A DNA stretch of 63,853 nt, counting the filler, from Chrysochromulina tobinii (taxonomy: Eukaryota): assembly GCA_001275005.1 (NCBI GenBank). It is 6 parts of 6 records of this genome, joined end to end, with 100 filler letters (N's around TTAATTAATTAA, not from the genome) between each part and the next. Parts side by side here need not be neighbours in the genome. Positions count along the whole stretch, not along the records: positions 1 to 27,249 come from JWZX01000811.1; positions 27,350 to 41,116 come from JWZX01000813.1; 4 more parts are not named here. One strand, written 5' to 3'. The notes beneath the pieces were generated by a model. That model saw nothing but the letters and a program-made list of their open reading frames with translations. It was not told the DNA's origin and searched no databases. The position numbers were made by a program, and so were the translations under genes. This document shows, piece by piece, positions 19,000 to 30,159 of the stretch; the stretch's first letter is position 1; every line of letters begins with the position of its first letter.

Positions 19000-21162
19000 A
19001 TGCAGTTCGCGGCGTTTAGCTCTTCGTGGGGCGGCGGTGGTGAAGACGCGTGGGGCCCGCCGCAGTCCACGCCGAGCGCCCAGGCACAGGCACCTGGATG
19101 CAAGCCGTCAACCTCTCAGGCGCCTCCGAGCGCCGACACGGGTGCGCCGCTCGCAGCGCTGGCATCGTCTCCTTCTCTGATGACTCTCTGATGACGCGAG
19201 GCTCACTCGTGCGATGCGCTGCTGTCGCAGGTGGGAGCGCACCTAGCTACAGCGTTTGGGGCCTCCCGCAGCCCATTGGCCAGCAGAAGCCAGCCAGCAC
19301 GGTTCTACCGGGCCTGGGAGGCGCGTGGGGCGCTGGGCCTCCGCTTGCACCCCTTGGTGGTCCCGCTGGCCCAAGCAGTGCTGGCCTGCCCAGCGCGCCG
19401 AGCAGCGCCGGCCTGGCGCTTCTGACGGCACAGCTGCCCACTCCACCGGCTGCGTCGGGACCAGCCTTGCCCGCGGCGTCGACCTCGCCCATTAAGGTCG
19501 CAGTCCCGCCGCCGACGACGACGAATGGGCCTTGGGTTGCCAAGTGCAAAGGCTTGCCATTCAGCGCCACCATCGAGACGATCGTACAGTTCTTCGATGG
19601 GCTGGCGATTGCTGACGACGGCATACGGATACGCACCAACGAGCAAGGGGTGCCGAAGGGTGAGTGCTTGGTCATCTTCGCAGCGGAGGGCGCGCTCTCC
19701 GCGGCGCTTGAGCGAACGCGGCAGGTCATGGGCCATAAATTCGTGACCGTGCAGCTAGCGGATGCGGCAGAAGTTGCCGATGTGTTTCCGCCCGCGTGCC
19801 CGCCCCCGCCCGTGCCCCCGCCCGCGCCCGCGCCCACACGGGCAGCCGCCCCCGCGCCCGCGTCGGCGCGAGGGCCGGCATCTCCGTCGAAGCCGTCGTC
19901 AGCCGCCACGGCCAACGGCGGCAAAGGCAACGGCGGCAAAGGCGGGGCGCTGCCGTACATTTCGGCGGCGACTGCGGCGCCGCCGGCGACGGCTGGCGCG
20001 CCCGCGGCGGCCGTCACAGCCGCGCCCGGCGGTAAGGGTGGTAGCAGCGCGAGCGGCAAGGGCGGAGGCAAGGGCGGCGGCACGGGAGGCAAGGGCGGCG
20101 ACACGGGAGGCAAGGGCGGCGGCGGCAGCCATCGAGCAGCCGCAGCCGAGAGCACTGGTGCCGGCGCGAACGGCAGCGGCAGCGGCGACGCGAACGGCAG
20201 CTGCAGCGGCGGCGCCAGCACTAGCGGCAGCGGCGGCGGCGGCAACATCGTCATCAAGATGCGCGGGCTACCGTACTCGACGACCGAGCAGGAGATCGCC
20301 GACTTCTTCCCCGGGATCAAGATCGCGAGCGGCGGCGTGAGCATCGGCCGCGATGCGAGCGGCAGGGCGAGCGGTGAGGCGCACGTCGAGTTCGCCACCG
20401 ACCAGGACGCGCAGTCCGCGATGCTGCTCAATCGGCAGCAGATGGGCTCTCGCTACATTGAGCTCTTTCGTATGCGCCAGCCGCCAAGCGCCGTGCGCAA
20501 GGAGGTGACGAGCACCGCGACCGAGGGCACCGGCGGCTCGAGCGATAGCCTGCGGCTCCGAGGGATGCCTTTCAAGTCCACCGAGGCCGACGTACAGACT
20601 TTCTTCAAAGGGTGCGTTTCGTCCGGAGTTTCGTCAGGAGTTGCACCTGCCTCTGGCGCGCGCGCGCGCCGCCGGCACACACCCGCCTCTCTCTCGCACG
20701 TACCGATACCCGCACACGAGGCCTGGCTGCTTCCGCTGCTGCTGCGTCGGCCGCGGCGGCGGACCCCAAGCGCTGACGAACCCCGAGCACTGACGACCCC
20801 CCTAGCACTGACGAACCCCAAGCACTGGCTTACTGGCAAGCCGCGGGCCCTTTCTTTGCCCGCTTGTTTTTTGCTGGCTGGTGCGAGATCCGCGGTCGTC
20901 CTACGGCACTCCCCGCACCTTGCATGCGGCGGCGTGTAATCAAGCCGATCCACAGTTTCGCGCGCGCGCTGACGAGCGCGTCCCCCCTCGCGTTCCCCCT
21001 CGCGTCCCCAGGTACTCCGTTGCATCAGGAGGCATCACGCTGGGTCCCCGTGTGGGGCAGGGCACTGTCCGCTTTGCCAGCGCGGAGGAGTGCCGCCGAG
21101 CGCTCGTCAACCTCAACGGTCACCACATGGGCAACCGCTACATTGAGTTGTTTTTCTCCTGA
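19000..21162 (+). CDS. hnRNP F/H / ESRP-family RNA-binding protein with three quasi-RRMs; exons 19000-19141, 19231-20611, 21012-21162
   Basis: KCKGLPFSAT, IKMRGLPYST..GRASGEAHVEF..MGSRYIELF, LRLRGMPFKS..MGNRYIELF. GT-AG introns 19142-19230 and 20612-21011 keep the frame. Confidence 0.9.
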
Positions 21163-21360
21163 GGGAGCGCAAAGCAGACTTAAATGGCACTCACTGTGCG
21201 AGATCCCGAGAGGATGGAGTTGCTGAGGGTGCTCGTGTGTGGACACTGGACGTGGAGAGCGTAAAGCCTGGTGCGCACAGCGTAAACGAGGTCGGTCCAT
21301 TCTCTTTTCAGACTTTGGGAGCGCCATTTTGGGCTGCCTCTCTCGGCGACGCGGCGGAAA

Positions 21361-22740
21361 ATGCCGAACAAATTGTTGGGCTCAATCGCCCGCTTGGCCG
21401 GCCATAAAGGCGAGGTGCTCTGTCTGGACGCGCCGTGCATCGATGACGACGGCGGAGACAGCAGTGCGTCCACCGGCAGCGCGAGCAGCCAGCCCATGCT
21501 CGTCTCCGGCGGTGAAGACGGCACTGTGAGGATATGGGACCTTCAGGCTGGCCGCGCGTCGCGTGCCATCATGGTGCCAGCTACGGAGGGTGCAGATCCT
21601 GCGGTCACTGCCGTGTGCCTCGGCACGGCAGGTGCAAACGACCGCTGGGTGTACGCTGCGACTGCCGCAGGCATCTTTGGCTACGACCTGCGTGCTCCGG
21701 GCATGCTGCTCCGCGAGCCCGCCCGGCGGTTTGCGCCGAGCCGCGACGAGATCGGTCAGCTGGCACTACACTCGAACGGCGTGCTTGCGGCGGCCGATGA
21801 TGCGGGCGAGGTTCGCATGTACGATGTGGGCGCCACCGGAGAGCTACTTGCCACCCTCACCGGCGGTCATACAAGCCTCTGCTGCACTGCCGCCTTCCGG
21901 CCAGGCCGGCCGTGGGAACTGTACTCGGCAGGCCTGGACGCGCTATGCGTGCGCTGGGACTGGAAGAAGGCGGTACCGATGGCGTCGTGGCCGCTCGCGC
22001 GCCTCTTCGACACTTCTTCACAAGCGCAGCTCCTCAACCCGCGCCACGCGCACTGCCTCAGCTTCGCGCCTGACGGCGGCACCGTAGCCATCGCCCTCGG
22101 CGATGGTACCATCGAGGTGCGGCTGGCAGAGACGGGAGAGCCGATCGCCGCGGTGGACGCGCACCGCGCCGCTGCCTCGCAGGCACGCTTCAGCCCTCAG
22201 CTGCGCGCCGCTCTCGTCGTCCGCGCTCGCGAAGAGATGTACTCCATCGCGGACGCCTCGACGTCAGCAGAGGCGGCGTCGGCGCTCGACGCCGCCGCCG
22301 CGTGCGAAGGCCTTGCGAGTGGCAGTGCGCTGCCGCTGCTCTCAGCAGGCAATGACCGACAATTGCGGCTCTGGGCCGTCCAGGGTGTCGTCGGGCGCGG
22401 CGCAGGCGGCCGCGGCGGCGACGGCGGCGACGACCATGCGCGGTCTAAACGGCCACGCAACGTGTCAGCAGCGGCGGCGGCGGTGGCGTCGGGCGACTGT
22501 GGCTCAGCCGGCGGTGGAGATGGCAGCGCGATCGGCGATGGCTTCGAGGATGCGGACGACGTCTCGATGGACGAGGACGAGGACGAGTTGGATGGCGTCG
22601 AGCCGGGCTTCCGCGCCCTCGCGAGCGTGACGCTACCTGAGAAGCCCAACTGGACTGTAGGCGTGCGTGATCCGTCGACGCAGCGAGGTGTCGTGTGTGT
22701 TGCGACCACGGGCTCCCTGGTGGAGGTGTTGCGCGTTTAG
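21361..22740 (+). CDS. WD40-repeat protein, WDR53-like
   Basis: GHKGEVLCL, VSGGEDGTVRIWD, LAAADDAGEVRMYD, GHTSLC..FRPGRPWELYSAGLD..RWD, LNPRHAHCLSF. Confidence 0.85.
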   Translation: MPNKLLGSIARLAGHKGEVLCLDAPCIDDDGGDSSASTGSASSQPMLVSGGEDGTVRIWDLQAGRASRAIMVPATEGADPAVTAVCLGTAGANDRWVYAATAAGIFGYDLRAPGMLLREPARRFAPSRDEIGQLALHSNGVLAAADDAGEVRMYDVGATGELLATLTGGHTSLCCTAAFRPGRPWELYSAGLDALCVRWDWKKAVPMASWPLARLFDTSSQAQLLNPRHAHCLSFAPDGGTVAIALGDGTIEVRLAETGEPIAAVDAHRAAASQARFSPQLRAALVVRAREEMYSIADASTSAEAASALDAAAACEGLASGSALPLLSAGNDRQLRLWAVQGVVGRGAGGRGGDGGDDHARSKRPRNVSAAAAAVASGDCGSAGGGDGSAIGDGFEDADDVSMDEDEDELDGVEPGFRALASVTLPEKPNWTVGVRDPSTQRGVVCVATTGSLVEVLRV

Positions 22741-23157
22741 AGCATTATAGGGTCTATAGTTACAGAGCACTCCATCAAGCACTCATCGCATGTCTCATCA
22801 AGCACTCATCATGATTGGATCGCACACACACACCGCGTCCGACGTCAACTCACAAGCGAGGCCGCGCGGGGACCGGGGGCGCGGCCGGCGCGGCGCCCGG
22901 GATTGCACACGACCGGGCCGTCGAGCCACCGATGCCACATAACCACCGTGAGCACGGGGCGGCCACGGCCATTACGTTACATCCCCGTGAACCGCACTCC
23001 GCAGCGCGGATGCCGGTATCTCTTCTCCTCTGCCTCACCCCCCCTCGCCTGCTTTCACTTAGCTCTTTTCTCTCCTCTCCTCGGGGTAATCCATTCAGGC
23101 ACCCTTGCCCGCGATTCTCTGCCAGCCTCCGCTCTGGCCCACCATCTATCAACCTCC

Positions 23158-23241
23158 GCATCAGGCGTCACGAGGCGTCACGAGGCGTCAGCAGGCGACA
23201 TCAGGCGCCATCAGGCGCCATCAGGCGCCATCAGGCACCAT
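23158..23241. repeat. 10-bp tandem repeat (CATCAGGCGC-like; CTGATGGCGC on the - strand)
   Basis: About 8 imperfect copies downstream of the cathepsin stop codon. Confidence 0.8.
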
Positions 23242-23430
23242 CGCGCGCACCACCTTTCAGCCTCCGCTCCTCTTAAGGACCCCTCGGCGCGCGCGTCCAT
23301 CGCTCGCGTCTCACATCGATCTCCATCGATGTCGCGTGCCGAGGCCTCCCCCCGCGCCGCGGGTCGACATCCAAGCGCATGAACCGCCCCGCATCCCGTG
23401 CGCGCATCGCCCTCCTCCGCCCCTCGCCCT

Positions 23431-25089
23431 TCAGCCCAGGCGCATACCAGGCGTGACCGGGCTCGGTTGGGAGGACACGTCCGAGTACGCGAGATACGGA
23501 GTCGGCGATCCCAAACCTGCGTGGCTATCCTGAATGTCGACCGGAGCGCTGCTGTAGCCGCCCTTGAAGGCGGCACCGAGGCTCGCCTTGCCGCTGGCGA
23601 GAGCAGCGCCCACGTACGCCTCGGATGTGAACACCTTCTCCATGGCGGAGACGTGCCCGTCATGCTGCCCATCATGCGGCTCGGCGCCGCGCGCGCGCCA
23701 CGCCGCCAGCGAGAAGCCTGCCAAAAGGCCGAAGCCCACCGCCGTGGCGATCATCAGCCAGTGGGCAAGAGGTGCCTGATCTGCATTCGAAGTGAGCAGT
23801 TGAGGCGGCGGCTCTTGAGTTGCATGGTCCACGTGTTGCATCGTGGTCGCGCCAGGCTGGCTGGCAGGGCTGGCGCCCAGTGACGACCGACGGCTCGCAA
23901 GGATGGAGAGGCCGGCCCATGACTGGCTGACGGGATGGCTGGCAAACACGCCAAACACGCCAGGAGAGGGCGAAGGCGACGGCGGCGTTGCGAAGAAAAA
24001 TGGAGGTGGTGGCGGCGGCGGCGGCGGCGATGATGCATGAGGCACGAGCGGATGCGTTTGGCGGCCGGTCGCCAGAACGCCAGATAAGGCGGGCATCGCA
24101 GCCACTGTTTCGCCAATGAGATCGCTCGTCGGGATGAGCCCCTGCACATAGTCGCCGACCGCAGCGCCGCTCAGGACCTCGTTCAGGTTGTCAGAGGTCG
24201 GCACGGCCCAGTCGCATTCGGACTCGATAAACATCATATTCTCGCCGCGCAGGATCTTGAACCATCCGTGCTGTCCCCAATAGGAGCCCCATGAGTTGCG
24301 CACGACCCAATATTTGATGCCCGAGTCCGTGACACCCCAGCCGGCGATCTCGACATCGTGATCCACCTCGTCCTTTGTCTTGGGTCGTCGGTCGATGTAC
24401 ACGCCGTCATGCTCGGCGATCACCTTCCCAAACTCGAACATAAACTGTTCATCCGCGGCCAACGAGCACACGATCGGGCCGCGTGCGAGAATCTCCTTTT
24501 GCATCGCCTTCTCGCCCGACACGCTCCCGTACTCGGAGACGCCGTACCGTACGTAGGAGGGCATGGCCCAGCAGTCCTTGCCAACGATGTTAGGGCTTGG
24601 CAAGCAGTTGCGGCAAGTGCCCATGTCATCGCACACGCCATTCTTGGCTTCGTATGGTTGGCACGTCTCATCGGGAATGCTTTTGTGTTTCATGTAGTGA
24701 TGAATCAAAAACGGGTCGCCGCCGTTGCAGCCTGGCGGTGCTTCGCTCTTGTTGTGCGGCGGAACACAGTTGACGACCACCTGACGCGCGAGCATGACAT
24801 CCGGAAAGGCGGCTTTGCGTGCCATTTTTATCCGATCGTTGAGCGCTGCGAGCGTGCCATGGATCCAGCATCCTCCGCAGTACTGTGGAATGTGCTGGTT
24901 GACGTCGGCCGTCACGTACGAGACACCGTCAACATTGCGCCAGTCGAGGCTGGCGGGGATGTCTTCGTGGGCGAGCGCGTGCTCGGGCCGCACCCCCGTC
25001 ACGAACTCGAGAGCTTCGACGGGACGGGTCTGCCTAACGTGCCCGTGGAAAATCTTGGCCGCCGGCAGCGCGAACATGAGCGAGAGCAT
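23431..25089 (-). CDS. Cathepsin X/Z-like papain-family (C1A) cysteine peptidase with Pro-rich linker and C-terminal TM
   Basis: LDWRNVDG, NQHIPQYCGGCW (HIP mini-loop of cathepsin X, catalytic Cys), GCNGG, DHDVEIAGWG (His), RNSWG (Asn). The ATG at 25089 gives a short hydrophobic leader. Confidence 0.92.
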   Translation of the reverse strand: MLSLMFALPAAKIFHGHVRQTRPVEALEFVTGVRPEHALAHEDIPASLDWRNVDGVSYVTADVNQHIPQYCGGCWIHGTLAALNDRIKMARKAAFPDVMLARQVVVNCVPPHNKSEAPPGCNGGDPFLIHHYMKHKSIPDETCQPYEAKNGVCDDMGTCRNCLPSPNIVGKDCWAMPSYVRYGVSEYGSVSGEKAMQKEILARGPIVCSLAADEQFMFEFGKVIAEHDGVYIDRRPKTKDEVDHDVEIAGWGVTDSGIKYWVVRNSWGSYWGQHGWFKILRGENMMFIESECDWAVPTSDNLNEVLSGAAVGDYVQGLIPTSDLIGETVAAMPALSGVLATGRQTHPLVPHASSPPPPPPPPPFFFATPPSPSPSPGVFGVFASHPVSQSWAGLSILASRRSSLGASPASQPGATTMQHVDHATQEPPPQLLTSNADQAPLAHWLMIATAVGFGLLAGFSLAAWRARGAEPHDGQHDGHVSAMEKVFTSEAYVGAALASGKASLGAAFKGGYSSAPVDIQDSHAGLGSPTPYLAYSDVSSQPSPVTPGMRLG

Positions 25090-25309
25090 TGACACCAGAC
25101 CCTGTACACCCTCCCACGAGTGATGACAAGACCTGGACGAGACCAGGGAGACCTCGAGGGCGAAGCACGAAGTCAAGAAAAGTCAAGTCAAGTCAAGTCA
25201 AGGGTCACGAGCGATTTCAATCGGGCCCACACTGGTCTGATAGAAACTATGTGGAGCTGCGAACTGGGTTGTTCCGAATGAATTTGTGTTTTCTCGGGCG
25301 ATCTTCGTC

Positions 25310-26314
25310 ATGTCGATCTTCGTCACGTCGCTCCTGCTAACGCCTTTGTCACTAAGGCTGCCTCCGCTACGATGCTGCGCGGAGGATTTCGTGCCGCCGG
25401 CGCTCAAAGGCGCCGAGCAATTCGCACGGGGAGCGATTGGAAGAGGTAGTTGGTGGAGGCAGGATCCGCAGCGGCTGCAGATTGTCGTGGCCCTCCCGGA
25501 GGGTGCCAGCTTCAGCCGCGACGTGAGCGTGGAGCTGTCGCGAAAGCGCATCCAGCTCGCGGTGGCTGGCACCACCGTGCTCGACGGCTCGCTCGCTCAC
25601 GAGGCCGTGAGCACCGAGTCGGAGTGGTTTGTGGAGGAGGAGCCTGACGGCTTCGAGCGTGCGAGATACCTCGTGATGGACATCAAGAAGAGCGAGTCCT
25701 TCCTCGACTGGGCGGCGCCACTCGAGGGCGCTGCCGCGGTTCGACGAGTGCTCATTGGCGGCAAGGGCCCAGTGCAGAAGCAAGCGACGGCACAGCAGCT
25801 CGCGTCGTATCAGGTGTTGCAGAAGCTGCCCTCTGCACAGCGTGGCGACGTTTACGTGCATGCATCGCCTGGCGCGGGCGGCATGCCCTCGGACTTGTTC
25901 TACTTTGTGGGCAAGGTCATCTCGGAGGTGGCGTCCGCTCCCGCCTCCCTGGCCACGCAGGCAGTATTGGTGAGGCAGCACGCCCGCCTGTACCTACCAG
26001 ATGTCTTTGGCGCGGTCGAGAACGATGACGCCATCGAGCTGTGGCTCGCGCCAGGCAACACCGAGATGAAGGTGGCGCAGAACATGCTGCCGCTGGTGCG
26101 CTGGGTGCCGCCCGAGAGCGCTCAGCTGCCGTCAGCGGGCGAATGCGGCTTCGAGCCCGAGACAAAGCCGCCGCCGCATATGGGCACGAACGTGGGGCCG
26201 TTCGCTGTGAAGCGCGACGCAAACGGCCAGCCGTTGTCGGCCGCCTTCGAAGCTAAGGTGGTGAAGCCCGACGAGGTGCCGGGCACGTACGAAAAGTGGC
26301 TCGAGAAGCAGTAG
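25310..26314 (+). CDS. CS/p23 (NudC-like) domain protein with N-terminal signal/plastid-type presequence
   Basis: WWRQDPQRLQIVVALP..DVSVELSRKRIQL..LDGSLAHEAVSTESEWFVE..LVMDIKK..W is the CS-domain pattern. Leader MSIFVTSLLLTPLSL. Confidence 0.75.
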   Translation: MSIFVTSLLLTPLSLRLPPLRCCAEDFVPPALKGAEQFARGAIGRGSWWRQDPQRLQIVVALPEGASFSRDVSVELSRKRIQLAVAGTTVLDGSLAHEAVSTESEWFVEEEPDGFERARYLVMDIKKSESFLDWAAPLEGAAAVRRVLIGGKGPVQKQATAQQLASYQVLQKLPSAQRGDVYVHASPGAGGMPSDLFYFVGKVISEVASAPASLATQAVLVRQHARLYLPDVFGAVENDDAIELWLAPGNTEMKVAQNMLPLVRWVPPESAQLPSAGECGFEPETKPPPHMGTNVGPFAVKRDANGQPLSAAFEAKVVKPDEVPGTYEKWLEKQ

Positions 26315-26587
26315 GTAAAGACGAACCGGAAGAGTCGAAGTACCCAGGATTCCAGAACTCGCCGTGCGTATAGGTAGGGTCGAGTGTCGAGGCCGCAGTA
26401 TTGGTCCCCGATCCATGCATAGGGTGACGAAGCCTGAGACGAACTTGACACGATTTCATAATTGACGAGGGCGAATTGCAATCATCAGGCCGGCACGAGG
26501 GTCGCGGCAGCCGCGACGCGAAGACTGGCGCGAGCGTCATTGCCCACCTCCGTCGTCGTGATCTAGGCGACGATCCTCCACGACGTC

Positions 26588-27249
26588 ATGAACCAGCGAC
26601 CCCCGAACGGCTGGGGAGGCGATCAGGGCTACGGTGGAGGGTACGGCTACGATGAGGGCTACGGCTACGATGAGGGCTATGCCGGCGGCTACGGCTACGA
26701 CGATGGCTATGGCGGCGGTGGCTTCATACCTGGCGGGCGGCCACAGCAGGGCAGCCACTACCAAGAGCCATTCTACCCACAGCAGCCACCGATGCACCCT
26801 CAGCAGCAGCCGTATTACCCGCAGCAGCCAATACCGCCGCGCCAAGGAGGGTATGGAGGCCGCGGTGGGCCGCCGATGGGCTTCAACAGGCCTCCTCCGC
26901 AGCCATACGGCCGGCCACCGCCGCCGCAGTACGGCCAGCCGCCGCCGCGCGGCCTCTTCCAGCCGCCACCGCCGCAGCCCGCGGGCAGCCGTCCCGGCTT
27001 TGAGGCTTCTCGCGCCGGTCCACCTGTCCATTCGGGAGTACCGGGCGGAAACGGGATCAGTGGCGCTCCGAGCGCACCTCTGATTGCTGATGAAGGGGTG
27101 GCGTTGCCCAACGACCTCTTCGACGGCGAGGGCGATGCTCTCCTCTCCAGCCTCATTGGACCCGCGGGCGCCATGAGCCTCAGCGGCGGCATGAGCGGCG
27201 CAGCGCCCTTCGGCGGCGGCGTCATGGGCGGCGGCGGCGGCTGGGCCCC
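26588..27249 (+). CDS. N-terminal part of a Gly/Tyr/Pro/Gln-rich (prion-like low-complexity) protein, truncated at contig end
   Basis: ATG at 26588. GYGYDE repeats and PQQP runs, open to the linker. Confidence 0.65.
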
Positions 27250-27349
27250 NNNNNNNNNNNNNNNNNNNNNNNNNNNNNNNNNNNNNNNNNNNNTTAATTA
27301 ATTAANNNNNNNNNNNNNNNNNNNNNNNNNNNNNNNNNNNNNNNNNNNN
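27250..27349. other. Artificial contig linker
   Basis: N44-TTAATTAATTAA-N44, which gives stops in all six frames. Confidence 0.99.
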
Positions 27350-27744
27350 CAAAGGGGCCTTTAGGGACCCTCACACAACACTAGTTCACACATAGTTAGT
27401 CAAGCCAACTTGGTACGCCGATCGTATGTTTAATACGACAACCAAGACACCGGACCGGCGTACATACGTGTGCGGTTACAACTAGCTCGGGGACCCCTGG
27501 ACCCCCTTGTCACACGCAGAAGTCTGTGTTAGTCAGATGTTTCCCCTCACCACACCACCGTGGTCTCAAGGGACGGTATACTTTCAGAGGCGCCGCCCTT
27601 GCGCCTTGGTGCTTGGAAATGAGCTACGAAACGAACACAAGCGCTATAATGGACCCGAGACGCCCGGGTGAACAAGAAAGGCGGTTCGCTTTTAAGCCCG
27701 GCCGTCCACGTTGGTATCCTATCGGTGATCGCGGTGATGGTTCC

Positions 27745-29949
27745 TCAATCCACACGCACCACATCCGCTGCGGCCGCGGCCACAACCGCTGTAAACTCCT
27801 TGCAGATCTCCATCGTGCGTGCTGCCACGTCAGTTGCCACATGAAGATGCGTAAAGTCGAGTCGCAGCTGGCCCAGGCTCTCGGGCGCTGTCGTGGGCAC
27901 GGGGGAGCAGCGCTCGGCGCAGCGCTCGGCGGCGTTAACCTGTGCCCACAGCGTGTCCATGCGCCGCCGAATCCACGCGTCGACATGCACGAGCGTCTCG
28001 CGCTGCAGCCGCACGACAGCGGCGCGATCGAGGGCCGCGTGCAGCGTAGGGTGGGGTGCGGACGCGCGCTGCAGGAGCAAGCGCACGAGGTTGAGGGCGC
28101 CCATGAGCGCATCGAGTGAATCTAGTGGGTCAGTCTGCTCGCCCGCGCGCGGCACCGCAAGCAGCGGCTCCACGAGCTCGAGCAGTGCCGACGCTGTGAA
28201 CACTGCCGGCGCCGACGCTGTGAACACAGCCGGCGCCGACGCTGTGAACACCGCCGGCGCCGACGCTGTGAACACCGCCGGCGCTGACTCAGCGAACACC
28301 GCCGGCGCCGACTCAGCCGCCTCACGCAGATGCTCTTCCTTGAGGCGGTGGATTAGCAGTGCGACCACGTTGGGGAATGGGCAAGCGCTTAGGAGCCCCT
28401 TGAGCAGACGGAAGCGCTCAGGCTCGGTCCACGCCCAAAGCAACCGGCGCAGTGTCTTGTACCCGCCCGTCCTCTCCGACTGCTGTGCGCTGTTCGCCAT
28501 GTGCGTCGTGAGCGCCCGTACTGCCAGCTCGACGCGCCGCCCCTCCTTGGCGCACACGAGCGAGCCTGGGGCCACGGCGCGCCCGGCCCAGTCCAGCAGG
28601 CGCAGCGCCGCGGCGCCGTGCCGGGCACTCCGCAGCAGCGGCTCTGCCAGCGCCGCGGCGAAGGCGAGCGCAGCCGAAGGCGAGCGCTCGGCCTTGAGCG
28701 CGAGGAGCAACGCGTCGTGCCGGGCACTTGGCGAGCCAGAGGCGTCGTGCCGGGCACTGGGCGAGCCGGCGCCCTCGCCAGAGGCTGCAACGCCGTCGCC
28801 ACCGATGCGGACGACGGCGCTCGCGACAGCGCTCGCCGCAGTGGCAGCCCCTGCGCCCACGACGGCGCCCGACACCGCCGCCCCAGTGCCCAGCGGCGCC
28901 GTCGTGGGCGCCACCTCCTCGAGGCACGGAGCGCTGCTCAGGTAGAGCGCCATGCCGAGCGCTGGCCACGTGGCCAGCGCCGAGCTCGCGGGCTCGTCGC
29001 TGGGGCCATCGTCCGCTGCCGGCGGAGCGGTTGCATGCGGTCCGGCTGCCGGCGGAGCGGTTGCATGCGGTCCAGCTGCCGGCGGAGCGGTTGCATGCGG
29101 TCCGGCTGCCGGCGGAGCGGTTGCATGCGGTCCAGCTGCCGGCGGAGCGGTTGCATGCGGTCCGGCTGCCGGAGCGAGGTGTGCCTCCACTTCTGCCAGT
29201 CGAGGCTCGATCGCATCGAGCAGCTCGTGGGCGCGGGCAACGAGCGCGCGCCGCTCGGCACCGCCGTTCGAGGCCAGCTCGAGTGCCCGCCACAGGAAGC
29301 CTAGGAGCAGCTGCCGGGCGCGCTGTGCTCCCGCGTCCGCCCGATAGGACGCGTCCGCTCGATAGGACGCGTCCGCTCGATAGGACGCGTCCGCCCGATC
29401 GGACTGCGCATCCCCGCACTCCGATGGGACAGCTGCAGCCGCCTCCGGTGCTAGCGGGGCGACGCTCTCGAGCAGCGCCGCGAGCAAGTGGAAGGACGCG
29501 GGTTTCGAATCCTTGCTACATGCCTCCTCCTCATCGTCCCAGCCATCGCCGGGCCACGCGTCGTCCAAGTAGCGCGCACCGAGCGATTCGAGGCACGTGC
29601 AAGCGAACTCAGCGCGCTTGCGCGTGAGGCGTGGCAGGACGGTCGGGACGGCGCGGAGCAAGAGGAGCTGCAAGGGAGGCGATGGAGCCTTTCCAAAAGC
29701 CTCGAATACCATGCAGATCACCTCACGTGGGTTGGCCGACCGCGCGAGCGTGCCAATGATCACCTCGGCCGCCTTGAGGCACTCGGAGGACATGGAGCCA
29801 TGCGCAAGGGCCGCGTCGAAGAAATCAAAGCTGCGGGCGTCAAGGAGCTCGGCATGGGCGTCGGCGCGCGCCAGTGCTGCAATCGACGTCAGCGCAGGTG
29901 CGACGGACGTGTGGAGGAGCTCGAGCGCGCAGTCCAGCTCGGCTTCCAT
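27745..29949 (-). CDS. Glomulin / ALF4 / YBP1-family helical-repeat protein
   Basis: ANPREVICMVFEAF, RFRLLKGLLSACPFPNVVALLIHRLKEE and DALMGALNLVRLLL match glomulin/ALF4 conserved blocks. ATG at 29949. Confidence 0.75.
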   Translation of the reverse strand: MEAELDCALELLHTSVAPALTSIAALARADAHAELLDARSFDFFDAALAHGSMSSECLKAAEVIIGTLARSANPREVICMVFEAFGKAPSPPLQLLLLRAVPTVLPRLTRKRAEFACTCLESLGARYLDDAWPGDGWDDEEEACSKDSKPASFHLLAALLESVAPLAPEAAAAVPSECGDAQSDRADASYRADASYRADASYRADAGAQRARQLLLGFLWRALELASNGGAERRALVARAHELLDAIEPRLAEVEAHLAPAAGPHATAPPAAGPHATAPPAAGPHATAPPAAGPHATAPPAAGPHATAPPAADDGPSDEPASSALATWPALGMALYLSSAPCLEEVAPTTAPLGTGAAVSGAVVGAGAATAASAVASAVVRIGGDGVAASGEGAGSPSARHDASGSPSARHDALLLALKAERSPSAALAFAAALAEPLLRSARHGAAALRLLDWAGRAVAPGSLVCAKEGRRVELAVRALTTHMANSAQQSERTGGYKTLRRLLWAWTEPERFRLLKGLLSACPFPNVVALLIHRLKEEHLREAAESAPAVFAESAPAVFTASAPAVFTASAPAVFTASAPAVFTASALLELVEPLLAVPRAGEQTDPLDSLDALMGALNLVRLLLQRASAPHPTLHAALDRAAVVRLQRETLVHVDAWIRRRMDTLWAQVNAAERCAERCSPVPTTAPESLGQLRLDFTHLHVATDVAARTMEICKEFTAVVAAAAADVVRVD
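29011..29172. repeat. 30-bp in-frame tandem repeat, about 5 copies (PAAGPHATAP)
   Basis: Near-identical units visible inside the glomulin-like ORF. Confidence 0.9.
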
Positions 29950-30159
29950 CCCCACGCACGGCCCCACGAGCGCGGTTTGTTACGGCTGTGAAAGGAAACA
30001 AGCTCCAAGAGTAAGAAAAGTTCGAGCGCCCACGCGCTGTTTTTCCGAGCGCTGTAACGGCGTACCTGCATCTTTGCGCTAAAGCCCAGGTTCTGTCTCG
30101 GTCAGGTCGTGCGGCGGCCTGCAATAGACGCGGCTTTCGGTTGCGTGTTGCCAGGCACC

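Noticed and set aside
27294..27305. TTAATTAATTAA palindrome recurring five times in N runs
   Set aside because: Identical 100-bp artificial contig separators with all-frame stops; not biological.
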